DNA from: Cirrosporium novae-zelandiae
Lineage: Eukaryota
DNA length: 64,000 nucleotides
Assembly: GCA_026023565.1 (NCBI GenBank)
Contig: JAPETS010000071.1
Location: 1-64,000, forward strand
Direction of reading: 5' to 3'
In this document: positions 34,363-46,379 of the stretch, in pieces
Layout: each line of letters opens with the position of its first letter
How positions within the stretch are numbered: position 1 is the first letter of the stretch
Position numbers and translations under genes: made by a program
Notes under the pieces: model-generated
What the model saw: the letters and a program-made list of their open reading frames with translations, nothing else
What the model was told of the DNA's origin: nothing
Databases searched by the model: none

Positions 34363-35556
34363 TGGGGTTGAGGTGTGGGTGTGGGTGTGGGGTGTGGGGT
34401 TATAGAGATGTTATTTATGTTATATATCCATACACACACAAGTATAAAATCCCTGATCCCAATCCCCAATCTAATCCCCTCTCTCTCTATCCAATCAACC
34501 AGGGAAAGAGAATGGAATGGAATGGACTAGACCATCTTGGATATTTGGTCCAATCTGGTCTATTCCTTTGGTTGCTTATTTCTATACTACACACCATTTT
34601 ATTCAATATCCTCCAGACAAACCCACCCCCCTGCCCTTGCCCTTTGATAACCCCCTCCCCTCCCCTCCCCTTCCTCTTCTTGAAAAGGACTATATATATA
34701 TGTGTGTCTCATAAAAGGTCTTGTCTTGGAACGAATCAAGTCGATTGGGGTTTTTTTGTTTTCATCATCAGCAGAATCGCGAAAATTGCAATGCAGAGAG
34801 AGAGCTATTTTTTTGGTTAGTAGGTAGTGGTGGTAGTGGTTGGTGGTGGTTATTCCATAATCTTTCTCTTTTCCTTCCCCCCCCCATCATCATTCCCCAA
34901 CTTATACACCATACTTCACCCTTCATTCCTCCATATCCATATCTACTATCTCCTAAATCTATAATAATAACGTATATTATAAAATATTATAACATCTTAT
35001 AAAATCCCCAACAAACAAACAAACAAATAAATAAATTACCAAATCTCTTTAATTATTTTATTTGTTTATGTTTATGGGTATCATTTTTTTAAAAAAGGAA
35101 GGTTAGAAAGGTAAGGGACAGGAAGGTAATATTTTTTTTTTTTTTATAAAAGTAATTACTTAACCAAGGCTAAGAAAGTGGGGGGGGGTGTGGGCGGATA
35201 GAATAGAGTTACCTACTTAGGTATCTACCCAGTATTAGGATATAAGATATATAACCTAGGTAATATTATGCTGTAAAGGGTAAACCACTTCTATAAGTAT
35301 GAATGAGTATGAAGGTGTGGTTTGATTGAAGTTCCCTTTTAAAAAAAAAACAATATCTAGATATAGGATATAGAATATAGTCACACTACTACTATATGCA
35401 TGTCTACGCATAGACTATCCTTTTAATGCCATATCTTCTTCTTCTTCTTATCCCCTCCCAGCTTCTCTCGTCACTAGAAGTGGGGGAGAAAAAAAATCTA
35501 ACTAATTATACTTGTGTTATGATTTATTTATCCCTTCCATTGGTAGGTAGTAGGGG

Positions 35557-35842
35557 TGTCACAAAGGAAGGAGAAAGAGAGTAGAGCACCAAGACGAGGG
35601 GCTCCAGACCTACGGACCGAAGGCGGAAACGTAGGCAGGAGGAATGTGGCGCCGATAAGTCGCCGTAGAATAAGGGACTTTATGTAGAGGGAAAAGAGGA
35701 AGGAGACTAGGAAAGCCCAGCCCAGCTTTCAGTCCTGTATGAATTATACTGATAATAATACTACTATTAAGATATTATTACGTTACGCGCAAGCAATGCA
35801 CCTGTACCGCTACCTATACTATCAGAGGCCCAATCCTTGACA
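35557..35842 (+). mobile_element. Solo LTR (286 bp) of the same Ty3/Gypsy family as the element at 1-5567
   Basis: TGTCA...TGACA termini and homology to the LTR at 5263-5607. The flanks AGGGG and TGGGT are not a perfect target-site duplication. Confidence 0.85.
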
Positions 35843-37837
35843 TGGGTGAATGAATAAATAAATAAATAAATAAATGATTGTGGCATCGTGGATTTGTTTT
35901 GATGGATATCTATTCTTTTTATTTTTTTTTATTTCTTATACTTTAATCAAAGCCCCCGAGCCCCCCCCCCCCCCCCCCACCTCACCTTTTCCCCTCAAAA
36001 AAAAAAAAACAAGAAAAAAAGAAATATCTGCTTTTTTCCCCCCTACCCTTTTCTAAACTTCTCTAAGCCCTAGAGATTATTAGTCATAAGTCAACGCTGG
36101 CATACAAGAGTTCATATATATACATTCTTAACGATATACCTTTCCTTCCCTTTCTCACTCTAATTATTTCATCCCCCTCTCTCTCGTTCATTTATTTATC
36201 CTCCATTGGTAGTAGGTAGTTGGATCCTCTATCTACCTTCCTTTCCCTTTTTTTTTTCCTAACAGTCCCTTTTCTACTGCTGCTGCTTCTCTGATTTATA
36301 TGTTATAATAATATATAATGGTATAATATTACGCAAACGCTTACTGAAGTAGAAGAGTTATCGAACCTATACATGTTATTTGGGATTTGATATGGACTGG
36401 ACTGGACTGGACTGGACTGGACTAGACTGTGAAAATAGACTAAAGATAGATGATAGATGAATAAATAAATTACTTGGAATAATTAAATTTAAATTAAATC
36501 AAGTATGATAAGAATGGAAATGTAATGGAATAAGAATAATATTGGAGTTTTTGAAAAAGTAAAAGAAAAAGGAAAAGAAAAAAAAAGAAATAAGAGATAA
36601 TGGTGATGATAGGATAGGTAGTAGGTCTTTTCGGTCAGACGATGACGAGGCTGGATTTATCCATCTACTGTATCTATGTGTAGTATAGTATATATCTAAC
36701 CTAGGTATTTATTCTATTTAACCTAACTCACCTCTTTGCTTCCTTTTTTGCTCCCCCCCTTTTTTTTTTTTTTTTTTCCTCTCCTTTGACTTTGACTTGA
36801 TATGACTTCCACCTCTACACCACTCCCACTACCCCTAACGAGCCCTAATCTCAAATAACCCCTCCCTCCATCATAACCTTATAGCCCATACCCATCCCTA
36901 TAATCTTCCACGGTTCTTATTGCCACTTCCAATTTCTGTTACTCCAGCATCCCCCCCTCCTCATATCTTTATGTCCTTCATAAAATCTCATAGTATATCA
37001 GCAACGAACTACTCATACAATCCCCTAAACACACATTGCATTGCCATCGTATTAAAGAAAAAAAAAAACAAAAGATTAAAGTATTTAAAAATAAAGATAT
37101 CTATATTTTATCTTTTTTAACGTTGATAGTGGTGTTGGTGTTGGTGTTGGTGTTGATGGTGGTGGTAACTCTCGAATGGAAAAGGGAAAAAGAAAAGAGA
37201 AATGGGAAAGAGAGTGAATGTTATGTTCTAGGTGCTGTATTCATTCATCTATCCATCTACGAAATCTACATCCCAAGCAAGACAAGGCAAAAAATACATA
37301 AAATAAAATATTGATTTTGATGGGAATTGGGATTGGGATTGGGGTTTTGGGAAGGTGTAGAGAGGGATAGGGGATGAGGGATAAATCTTGGTGTTGGTTG
37401 TTTGGTTCTATATCTGGATCTAGGCTCGGTGGATTTATTGGTTAGATATTAACTGTTACAAGATAAAAATATTGAGTAAAGATGGGGGGTTTGTATGAGG
37501 GATCTACCTTCTTGTTTGTTTTTCTGATCTAGATTCGGGCCTGGTGGATCTACTAGTTATATACCAACTACTAAAAGATAAAAGGTTGAGTGGGGGTTAG
37601 ATCATTGTACTATGCCTTCGGAAAAATATTTCAAGGAGCTGTACTGTATCTGCTTTCTAGTTTTTATTTCTAAAACTGTTTTTTTTCGATTGCCCTAACT
37701 ACCTAGGTACTATAGACATCCAACTGACTTGCAGAGGATGTATGGATGGATATCTCCGCTTAAAAGCATTTTGAACCACTCCTAAACTCCCTTCTAGTAC
37801 TGATGGTATGTATCTATGACCATGGCCGGGTACTGTT

Positions 37838-39914
37838 TCACCATGCGGCCTCGCTCTTAATATCATCGTTCCACCGAATCGGTTGAAACTCAGGTACATC
37901 ATCATCGTGTTCTGTCCGCTTGAAAATATGTCCCTTCTCGCCCCTTGTATCAGTGTCCAGGAAGCAGAGTCGAGACTTCCAAGAAGCCTTCCGTTCTTCC
38001 TTATGGTTCAAACTGTCAGGCTCGCACAAGCGATGACATGCCGAGCAATCTGGCACCCCAAGTAACATTGAACAGGTTGGATGAATGTGAGTATCAGGAC
38101 AGTCTATCCCATCACATCCATAGCCCAGGAATTCCTAAAAAGGCCATCGAAATTAGATACTATCCATTATGTATTTAAAGTAGAGCACTTACTTTGCACA
38201 TCTTGACTATCCATGGGCAGCCTCCACGTTTCTCAAATGGACATTCCGCGCCAGCTAACTCGTAGGGACAGATAGCAAAAATCACGCGAGGGTCAAGTTC
38301 TGGAGGGCTAGGGCGATTGTTCCATGACCGAATTCTTTCCACTTTATAGTCATGATCTTTCTCGCAATCGCAATTAATGTTACTGTCCCAGGGTCGAAGA
38401 ATGCGGGGGCAAGTTAGGGAAACATGTATCTTCGAGCAATCAGGATCCGTGCACTCGGTAGATTTTTTAATGCTCTAGGGACCATTAGTACAAATATAAG
38501 AGAGACATTGGATGGAATACTTACTGAGCAAATCTTCAGGCTCCATGGACAACCACCGCGGTTCTCATAAGGACAATCTTTATTAGCCAGTTCATATGGG
38601 CAGACAGCATTTATGAGCTTAGGATCAAATGCAGGATTTGGTTTCGGACGATTCTCCCAAGAATCCGACCGGTGTTGGGGGTTGTCATGACCTCTGTTAC
38701 ATGAAAAAAGGTGGTCGGAAAGATTCCATGAATCCAAGTTTGGTTCAGCACAAGAAACAGCCGCTAGTCTATCGATAGAGAAGCAGGATGGGTAGATATG
38801 AATATCTTGGCAGTTGGGAGTTGAGCACTGTTTGAGGTTTTTCGATTTCTGAAAAGTATTAGTTTAGAATTCAAGTAGGATAATGATGATTCATTTCATT
38901 GTTCATATGTCGCTTATAAGCTATGGCGGAACAGAATTCAAGTAAGAAAACTGAGCAAGAAACTCACTTCGCAGAGTTTCAGGGCCCATGGACATCCGCC
39001 AACCTCCTCGTATGGACAAACTTCCAAGGCAAGTTCATAGGGGCATACTGCATGAATAAGGCGATGATCAGATTCTATGTGAACCGCGAGTGTTCCAGAA
39101 CTATCGGAAAGTTCGCTTTGCGTTTTTTGTTCATAAGTGGAAATGGCCGATTTGAGGTAGTTGCTGTCCCGATGGTCTGCTATGATGCGTAGATGTCGAA
39201 CTGGATCTGAATGAGAGCCATCATCCTTCTCACACACATTAAATCAGTACTGTGGTTGAAGCGTATTGTGCAGCATAATTGGAGGGGGTGATAATAAACA
39301 AGCCAAGTACGTTTAATATCACCTTTTAGGTGTTTTTCGAGAAGCTTTATTGCTTCTGGGGCCCACTTCCAAGTCAAATATACCACAACTAATTGAATAC
39401 CACGTACCTGGATATTCCAAAACAAACCCTCAATGGTTTCATCACTATCATCAACATGGGCATCAAGTTCTTGGAGAGCTTCTTTATAAGAGTTATCTTT
39501 TCCCAAGCATTTTTCCCAGTAGTCCACCACTTCAAACGCGGATTCACCTGAAACCTTAGATGGAGTGTTCCAACTGAAGGAGATGGCACTATCAGAGAGC
39601 TCATCACCCTCCTCCGAGCTTAGTTCAGTATTGACCAAGGGCTTGAGCTGAGAGGTAGGGACTTGAGCCTTGTTCGTCTTCTCACTTCCCTTGTCAGTAG
39701 CAGCAGGAGTGTTCAGTTTTAGTTCAAGAGGAACTTCAAATGCGGTAAGGGTCACACTGTTTGCGAGACTTTCGCCATCCTCTTTGATTAAGGTGGTGTC
39801 TAGAGAAATTTGGAGTCGGATCTTCTCTGTAATGGATGCATCGACTCCGACAATGTCAATCTTGATTGTTGTTGCCGTGCCGGGTCTCGCCTCCAGAGTG
39901 AGTGAAGGAGGCAT
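37838..39914 (-). CDS. Uncharacterised protein with three tandem Cys/His-rich repeats, each containing a CCCH-type motif
   Basis: Introns at 38849-38967, 38475-38524 and 38135-38192 join into an open frame ending at 37838. The repeat core A(V/I)CPYELAxxxCP(Y/F)ExxGGCPWxxKxC occurs three times. The 5' introns (~39207-39310, possibly ~39367-39408) are less certain. Confidence 0.75.
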
Positions 39915-40584
39915 GATTGATCTACCAAAAATAAAGAGGTGGCTGATATTATCATACCAAAGAAAATTTGAGATGGATAAGCATTTGTAAGTAAGTAGAA
40001 GTAGAGATGAAAGTGGATGTTTGAAGGGGTGGAGGTCAAAATATATAGTCACTCCAACAGCCATTCCAGCAGTCACTCCAGCAACCTCGTTGGAGAAGTG
40101 AATGTAGAAGTGAATGAAGTCTCACTTTTTAACCACTGGCAAGTTTTGAATATGCTTTACCAGGTTCTATCATCTCTCCAGAAGTGAGCTGGTATTATCA
40201 CCACCTCATCATGAAACAAACAGACTCTTTCACAGACGCCCAAAACTTTAGAAAGTATATCTCCAACGACTGAATAGTATTGGAATTGGTCTAGATCATG
40301 CCAACTAGGTCATTTCGACATTAAAATGTGAGTCATCTTGTACTGTACATGTACAAATTCATCGGAAGGGGAATATGGAGAGGGGATGTATTATAATATT
40401 TCATCAACGTCATGTACTTTCCACCAAGATTGTCAACATCAGATACGTCGTTCAAGTTCAGCAACCCAGTATGAAATCAGAAATTAAATTTCCGTAATGA
40501 ATTTCATTAAGAGTCTATTTACTATACATACCTCTTAACCCACCTTTAACTAAGATTTCCTAGCCACAAAAATATGTTTCTTAT

Positions 40585-42378
40585 TCAGACATTTGCTTCG
40601 ACCTTCCCTTCAGTTGGATTGACTTCATCTCTTGGCCCTTCTGCATGGTCCATTTCTGGCTCTATAATCGGTTCCTGTTGCTCTACCTTTTTGACTTTCC
40701 ATAAGGTCCCTCCAGTGTAAAGGAGAACTGGTACGGTAGTTACTCCACTTAATAACCCTAGAGACCATGACATTGTGCCCCAACCTGCCGAGTCCCTCAC
40801 GTAACCGGCCCAGATAGGACCGATCATGGTACCTAAAGCAAATGCCTTTATATCATAAGCATCACAACTAAAAATAGTTTCTGAAATATTGAAAAACCCC
40901 AATTTTGAAGTTTATTACAAGGATGATTGCAGGCCTCTTAAAGACATAACTCTTATACTCGAATAATTGGCAAAAGGACCTTTATGCTCAGGTTTAAAAA
41001 ACCCTTATGGCCGACTAAGAGACTTACCATGTTGTAAAGTGCATATGCTTGTGCTATGGCACCCTTCATACCATTGGCGCCAGGCCGTTCTCTCTCCCTT
41101 TCTTCAACAGACGCATTTATTTCAGCCATAATAGGCGAAAACCCAAGAGCAAGCGCGGCACCGATAAGAGCCAGTAATGCGCACAGCAAAACAATTTGCC
41201 GCACAGAGTCATGGTCCACAAGCCGGAGGAGTACGAGAAATGGTGTGCATAGAGCAAAGCTGGCTGCTGTCAAGAGACGGGGGCCATAACGGTCAGAAAG
41301 GAAACCTACAGGACTTTAGCCACATGGTCACCCTTCCGATCATAAAGTTCAATGACTTACCTGAAATCGGAGCAAGGAATGACGTGATCGTTATGGCGAG
41401 AAATAAAAGACTTGAGCCAATCGAACTAAAGCCGAATGTAGATTGAGCAAACAACGGCACTACACTATCAAATGCTGTCATGAGCGTGGCTTGCACAAAA
41501 CTACCCCAAAGAGCTACTATCAAGCGAGGAGACGTAAGAAGGGTAAGTATAGGAGGGACACGACTGGGAAGAAGCTTTTTAATGCCAGAGCGAGGTTCGT
41601 TCTCTGCTTGTAAAGTCAAAGTCTGGGGGGTTGAGGTTACACAATCGGCGGCCGATTGCGCTTCCGAGACAACTTCCCACCTCTTTGCAATTTTCTTCTC
41701 TATCAAAAATAACCTTAGCAAGATGTCAAGACCAATAACGGCAAAGGCCATCGCAAATGTTTGGATATAGCCAGCCTTTGCATATACCTACGGTGGCTCA
41801 TTATCAGTACGAGCATATTATAAGTGAGAGAACTTATTTTTACTCACCACACCTCCAAGAAGGGGCGCAATTAAGATTCCAACACTCATACACGCAGATA
41901 CATATCCCATCATTTGGCCAATTTCGTTCTGCTCTACCGTGTCTACCAGCAGCGCAAGACCAATTACCCATACAAATGAAGCAGATGCTCCTTGAAGAAT
42001 GCGACCAATAACGAGGATTGCAATGGAGTTGCCGACGCATAGCATGACAGTGGAACCAGCAATTGCGAGAAGGCCTACTAAGAATGGAGCTTGGCGTGAA
42101 GAGGTATGATCAGCAACCATACCGCAAATCGGAGAGGTTGCAAAGAGAGCAGCTCCATAACAGGCTAGCAAGGCTGAAATCCAGTGTTGTCTATTGTCTA
42201 GAGGAATACCAGCACGAGTACTGATGGCATATGGAAGGACAGGAACGATTATTCCATACAGGAAGACATCAGTGAAGACGGCCAAGCCGACTGTTGAAAC
42301 AATGACAGCTTTTGAGGACCGCAGTTTTAAAAGGTATGGAGGTTGCCCTTTTCTAAAGATTTTGGAGAAATTCATCAT
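40585..42378 (-). CDS. MFS transporter, vesicular amine transporter (VMAT/DHA1)-like; multi-exon
   Basis: Motifs FTDVFLYGIIVPVLP, GMVADHTSSRQAPFLVGL, GRILQGAS, DILLRLFLIEK, AQAYALYN and GTMIGPIWAG, with multiple hydrophobic segments. Confidence 0.9.
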
Positions 42379-43094
42379 TGGTGTTTTCTATCAGTCTTAA
42401 AAAGGTTGACGCAGGAGCTTGAGGGGTCAGTTTGTTGAAAGAATTGTTGACAATTTTTGCCTAGGGCCCTGGTTCACTTCGTCTTTGGATAGAACAGGTG
42501 GCGAAAATGTTATCATCAAAATCAAGGTGGCGAAAGAAGCAAAGAACCATGAAAGACATAAAGAAGCATTTTCTAATATTAACCAGCTACTTTGATTGTC
42601 ATGAATCAAAAATAAAGACCACACAGGGGCCTTTGGATCCAAAGCAAAGGTAATTAAAAGAAAAATTTTTATGACAAGCTTCATGAGAGGGCATTCTTAT
42701 CAATTAAGGTCCGTTCGAGGGCGGCCCGAGGAGTTAGGCCTTTATCCGGAAGGCAACCAATGCCAAAGTCGGATGGAGATGGGGATGGGTGGATATCTAT
42801 GAAGTGGGTTTTATTTCCTTTATTGGCTCCCTAGTCCTAGTTTTTTTTTGGTTCCGTCGAATGGCAATCCTTTGACATGGACCCCCTCAAACTACCCAAG
42901 AACTTATTGCCTCGGACCTATCACCATAGTGTAGATATACCTTTATACCCATGCTCATTTTGCTTCAAAGTTTTATGATATTCGTGTAGTGATAATAGGT
43001 ACCTTGCAGCAAAAGGGCCACCAGTAATCTAACCTAACAAGCTTAAACATCACTTGAACAGCAAATTAAAGATTTCCGTGGACGCATAAACACG

Positions 43095-43312
43095 TGTGCC
43101 AATGAAGTTTAGTATATAATTCAATTATTAGAATTCAGAATATAATCGATCTACTTAGATTTGAATAATTATAAAAAAAATTTAATTAATGTTTCTAAAG
43201 CGAAAAATGAATCGAAAGTTTGATAGAAGAATAATAAAAACTTTAATATCGCCTTTCTAACGGTATGAGGAAAGTTATTATACGAAAATGTGTCGCTTAA
43301 CTGTTCATTGGT
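43095..43312 (+). mobile_element. Possible RIP-mutated 3' remnant of a pogo/Fot1-like DNA transposon
   Basis: AT-rich island ending in GAAAATGTGTCGCTTAACTGTTCATTGG, which from memory resembles fungal pogo-type terminal repeats. No matching partner repeat was confirmed. Confidence 0.3.
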
Positions 43313-43479
43313 TAGTTAGCGAAGTATTTATTTCACCCATTCAACAACTAACAACCACAACCACACACAAGTATTTGTCCGAGATTCTTCCTTCGTTGTT
43401 CGTCACCTTTTATCTTCCTTTCTTCCCGTAGTGTTGGTTGTATCGAAAGATGCAGTTTTTCTCAGTGCCATTGCCAAGG

Positions 43480-44624
43480 CTTCCTGCTCTTTCGTCGACG
43501 ACCTTGACACAATTAGCGGTTCATCTTTGTACAGTACCTCAGTCAGCTGAGCTATGCACACATACAATTAATTTATCTCCAGTCATTCTCGTATCTTCAA
43601 GAAAGTTTGTAAGTTAATACTTTCCCGCAACACGCTGGAAACGAGACGAGAGGTGCATCGCCAACGTGCAGAGCTCAGATCATGCTTGAGATAGTCGGCT
43701 CTCAACCTTTATTCCCGTCAGCTAAATCATGCGAAACAACAAATCTTCCCAGGCTGCGAGGCTATCAACCCTATAAGGTATTACAAAAAATACCTAGAAC
43801 GTTAGAATGAGTGCGAAGGGTTGAGGAAACGTTAGCTAGACGAACCAGGTTCGAAATTCTCAACGCAGGGTCATAGCATTCAAGATCCGCGTTTGTAATT
43901 GCAACGGTCTGAAATAAGTTTTAGCCACCGTTATAATTGATACCTAGGTATATAAGGCGAACATTACTTCTTTCTTGACAATGCCTCCAAGCCAAAGCCG
44001 ACAAGACTTTCCCCCAGCGGATGAAATAATCAGCCAAATTGCGAACTAGACTCGCTACAAATAGGCATGGTCATTACCTTTCCATTGACTGTAATTCCCT
44101 CGCGAATTACATCGAGAAGTGCGCGGGCCTCCTTTTTTACCCCCTTTGCAGAGAGAAAATTTGTTCCCGGAAGATTGTCAACCACCTAGAGCTGGCTTGT
44201 GGCTCAGCAATTAGGGGTAGATGCGTTAGGCTTCGTATCAGGGGTCTGTTCTTCGCTGCTCCTCTCGTCTGACAAGAGCCTGCTCTGGTCTCCTGCACCC
44301 TCAGTTTTCGGTCGAGAAAGCCTCACAGGTTGGTCCCCAGCACCAGCCTTTTCAAAGAGGGTAAATTCATATACTCGAGCCTCTGGAACAAGATGCGAGA
44401 TTATATGAAGCAGGTCGACCCTTTCCGTATTGAGCTTCGGAGCACAACTTACGTCGGACTGCTTACAAGGAAATCCAACGAAGCATATGCTACGTACGGC
44501 CATTAGCCTAGGTACTAGTAGAAAGGGGTGTGCGACTGGTGGGAAAAAGATGGTCGCACTCATAATTGCCATCAATTCCTTCTGGGCTGAGTAGCCTTGG
44601 CTGTCGTTGGCGGGTTTTAGTCAT
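43480..44624 (-). pseudogene. Degenerate alpha/beta-hydrolase (SesB/DUF676-like) N-terminal domain of the type found in fungal NLRs; truncated
   Basis: MTKTRQRQPRLLSPEGIDGNYD|ICFVGF resembles VDIVFVHG. Also HLVPEARVYEF, VGFG/LGGIVKK (frameshifted, resembling GHSLGGIIVK), FVIPYR (resembling FATPHR) and SLAAWEDLLFRMI. Stops and frameshifts are present; no NACHT P-loop was seen. Confidence 0.55.
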
Positions 44625-45071
44625 CGTTATGCTTGTAGAAGTTGCTGTGTTGGTAGATGTAGTTGAGGTTGGAATTGGAGTTGAAGTTGAAAAAGGAACA
44701 AAGCCTTACCCAGTATCGCGAAGGTCTTCGGATTGCAGTCGGGACTGTAACCTATAAAACACAAGCGAGGATTCCGAGGCAAGTGCTGGACAACGAGGCT
44801 AAGAAGATTCACACAAAACCGTGATGAGAAAGCTTGCAGTAACCCTTGTTCATGACCCCTATCAGCTGAACTCTATGCAGGGTTATATACTGATATTCTG
44901 CACTCCCCTTCCCTCATTCACAACTCGAATTGATTTCATACGCCCAATACCCATAAACCCATGATGAGCTAATTGAGGTATCTTCCACGTTCATGTATCC
45001 ACGCATGAATTCGACGTTATTAGTGCTATGCGCTTCGCTACTTTTTTATATCTTCAAATTCTTTTTGGATA

Positions 45072-45218
45072 AGGTAACCGACTTAGATTGGACAACGACC
45101 GAGAGTTGGTCACTTTTACCAAATGTCGGCTACTCCTCTCCTATCTAATTATGCCAAGAACCAAATTTTGGTGAAATGACCAATTCCTGGTTGTTGTCCA
45201 ACTCTAGGTCAGTTACCT
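45072..45218. mobile_element. MITE (147 bp), Tc1/mariner-type
   Basis: Imperfect terminal inverted repeats of ~52 bp (AGGTAACCGACTTAGATTGGACAACGACC... and ...GGTTGTTGTCCAACTCTAGGTCAGTTACCT), with TA on both sides. Confidence 0.8.
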
Positions 45219-45429
45219 TACTGTTGTTCTCTAAATTTTGGGATGTCTTGTTTTCACTGAATTACGAATCTCCAGAGTCTAATAGTACTTGTTTGACATC
45301 AATGAGTTGGAAAAAGAAGCTAAACTAGAGACAGGAATGCCATGTTCATCAACCTATTTTACTTGCAGAACGACTAACTCTGCTCATCACTCTTCTTCAA
45401 CAGTACTCAGCATAGTTGTTGACAATGCC

Positions 45430-45947
45430 TAACCAAATGACGACAAAATAGCAGCGTTCAGATTTTTTGGATTGACCTGGTCTTTCAGGTCGACCTTGTC
45501 CTTGGGAACAACCTTATCTTTAAGGTCAGTTGCCTATAAAGGGTCTGCTTTCGTAGCTTCGACTACTGTTGACTTACTCAACGTGAAGTGTCTATCTGGC
45601 CACGAAGCAACAATTTCTGGATCATTCTTCATCCGATCCTTCTCTTGTTGAAAACGGATGTTGATTACGACCGAACGGAAACGACGACATTTGTTGAGGC
45701 CATGGAAGCGGAAACTAAAGACGATGAGGCTGGCTGGCTTCTCAGTTTCAAACTCTCGACCATGAACAACTCGATCCAACTAGGCCTTTACAACAAGTCC
45801 TGCAACGACGTCGGTGGTAATACTAGTTCAATTAATCTCGTCCCCGTCGTTTTCGGTATCATAGCCCCTCTGGGCTTTAAATTTTGAATCTACGTAAAGT
45901 TGGATGTCAAGAGACATTCCTTCTTCTGCTAAGTTGCTTGACGCCAT
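45430..45947 (-). pseudogene. Pseudogene of an uncharacterised fungal protein
   Basis: MASSNLAEEG... runs in frame through two stops into DRVVHGREFETEKPASLIVFSFRFHG..RRFRSVVINIRF...DPEIVASWP, then stops again. Confidence 0.55.
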
Positions 45948-46379
45948 TTCTTAGGATTGATTGAATGAAGATGACTTAGAGAAGCTTGTTACTAGCATAG
46001 TCGCAGACCAATTGACGGCCAGAAATATATACTCATCTTTATAAGTAGAGGTCGGTCAAGTTCGCTAGCCTTGCTCACCTCCACCTTCTCATTGACGGGA
46101 AGAAGGTGCATCATTAGACGAGAATAAAACTCATGTTATGCACCCTTTTCACAAAGAATGCATGGAGCTATTGACGTTTTCCTTCTAGTCGTCCAGTGTG
46201 AATTCAAATTCTGAATTCTGCGCAAGGCTGTCTCTCAACTGAAAGATCCCCACCACCACCGGCGCATTAGGGGTTAGGGGTCGCACCAGATAAACCAAGT
46301 TTTAGCGTATTAAGTGTGAGTATATCTCTATTATTAAGGTCATTTTGGCCGAAGGGCTGGAATTTCAAGCCGCACCATA

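Noticed and set aside
46267..46280. TTAGGGGTTAGGGG telomere-like motif
   Set aside because: Only two imperfect units, consistent with chance.
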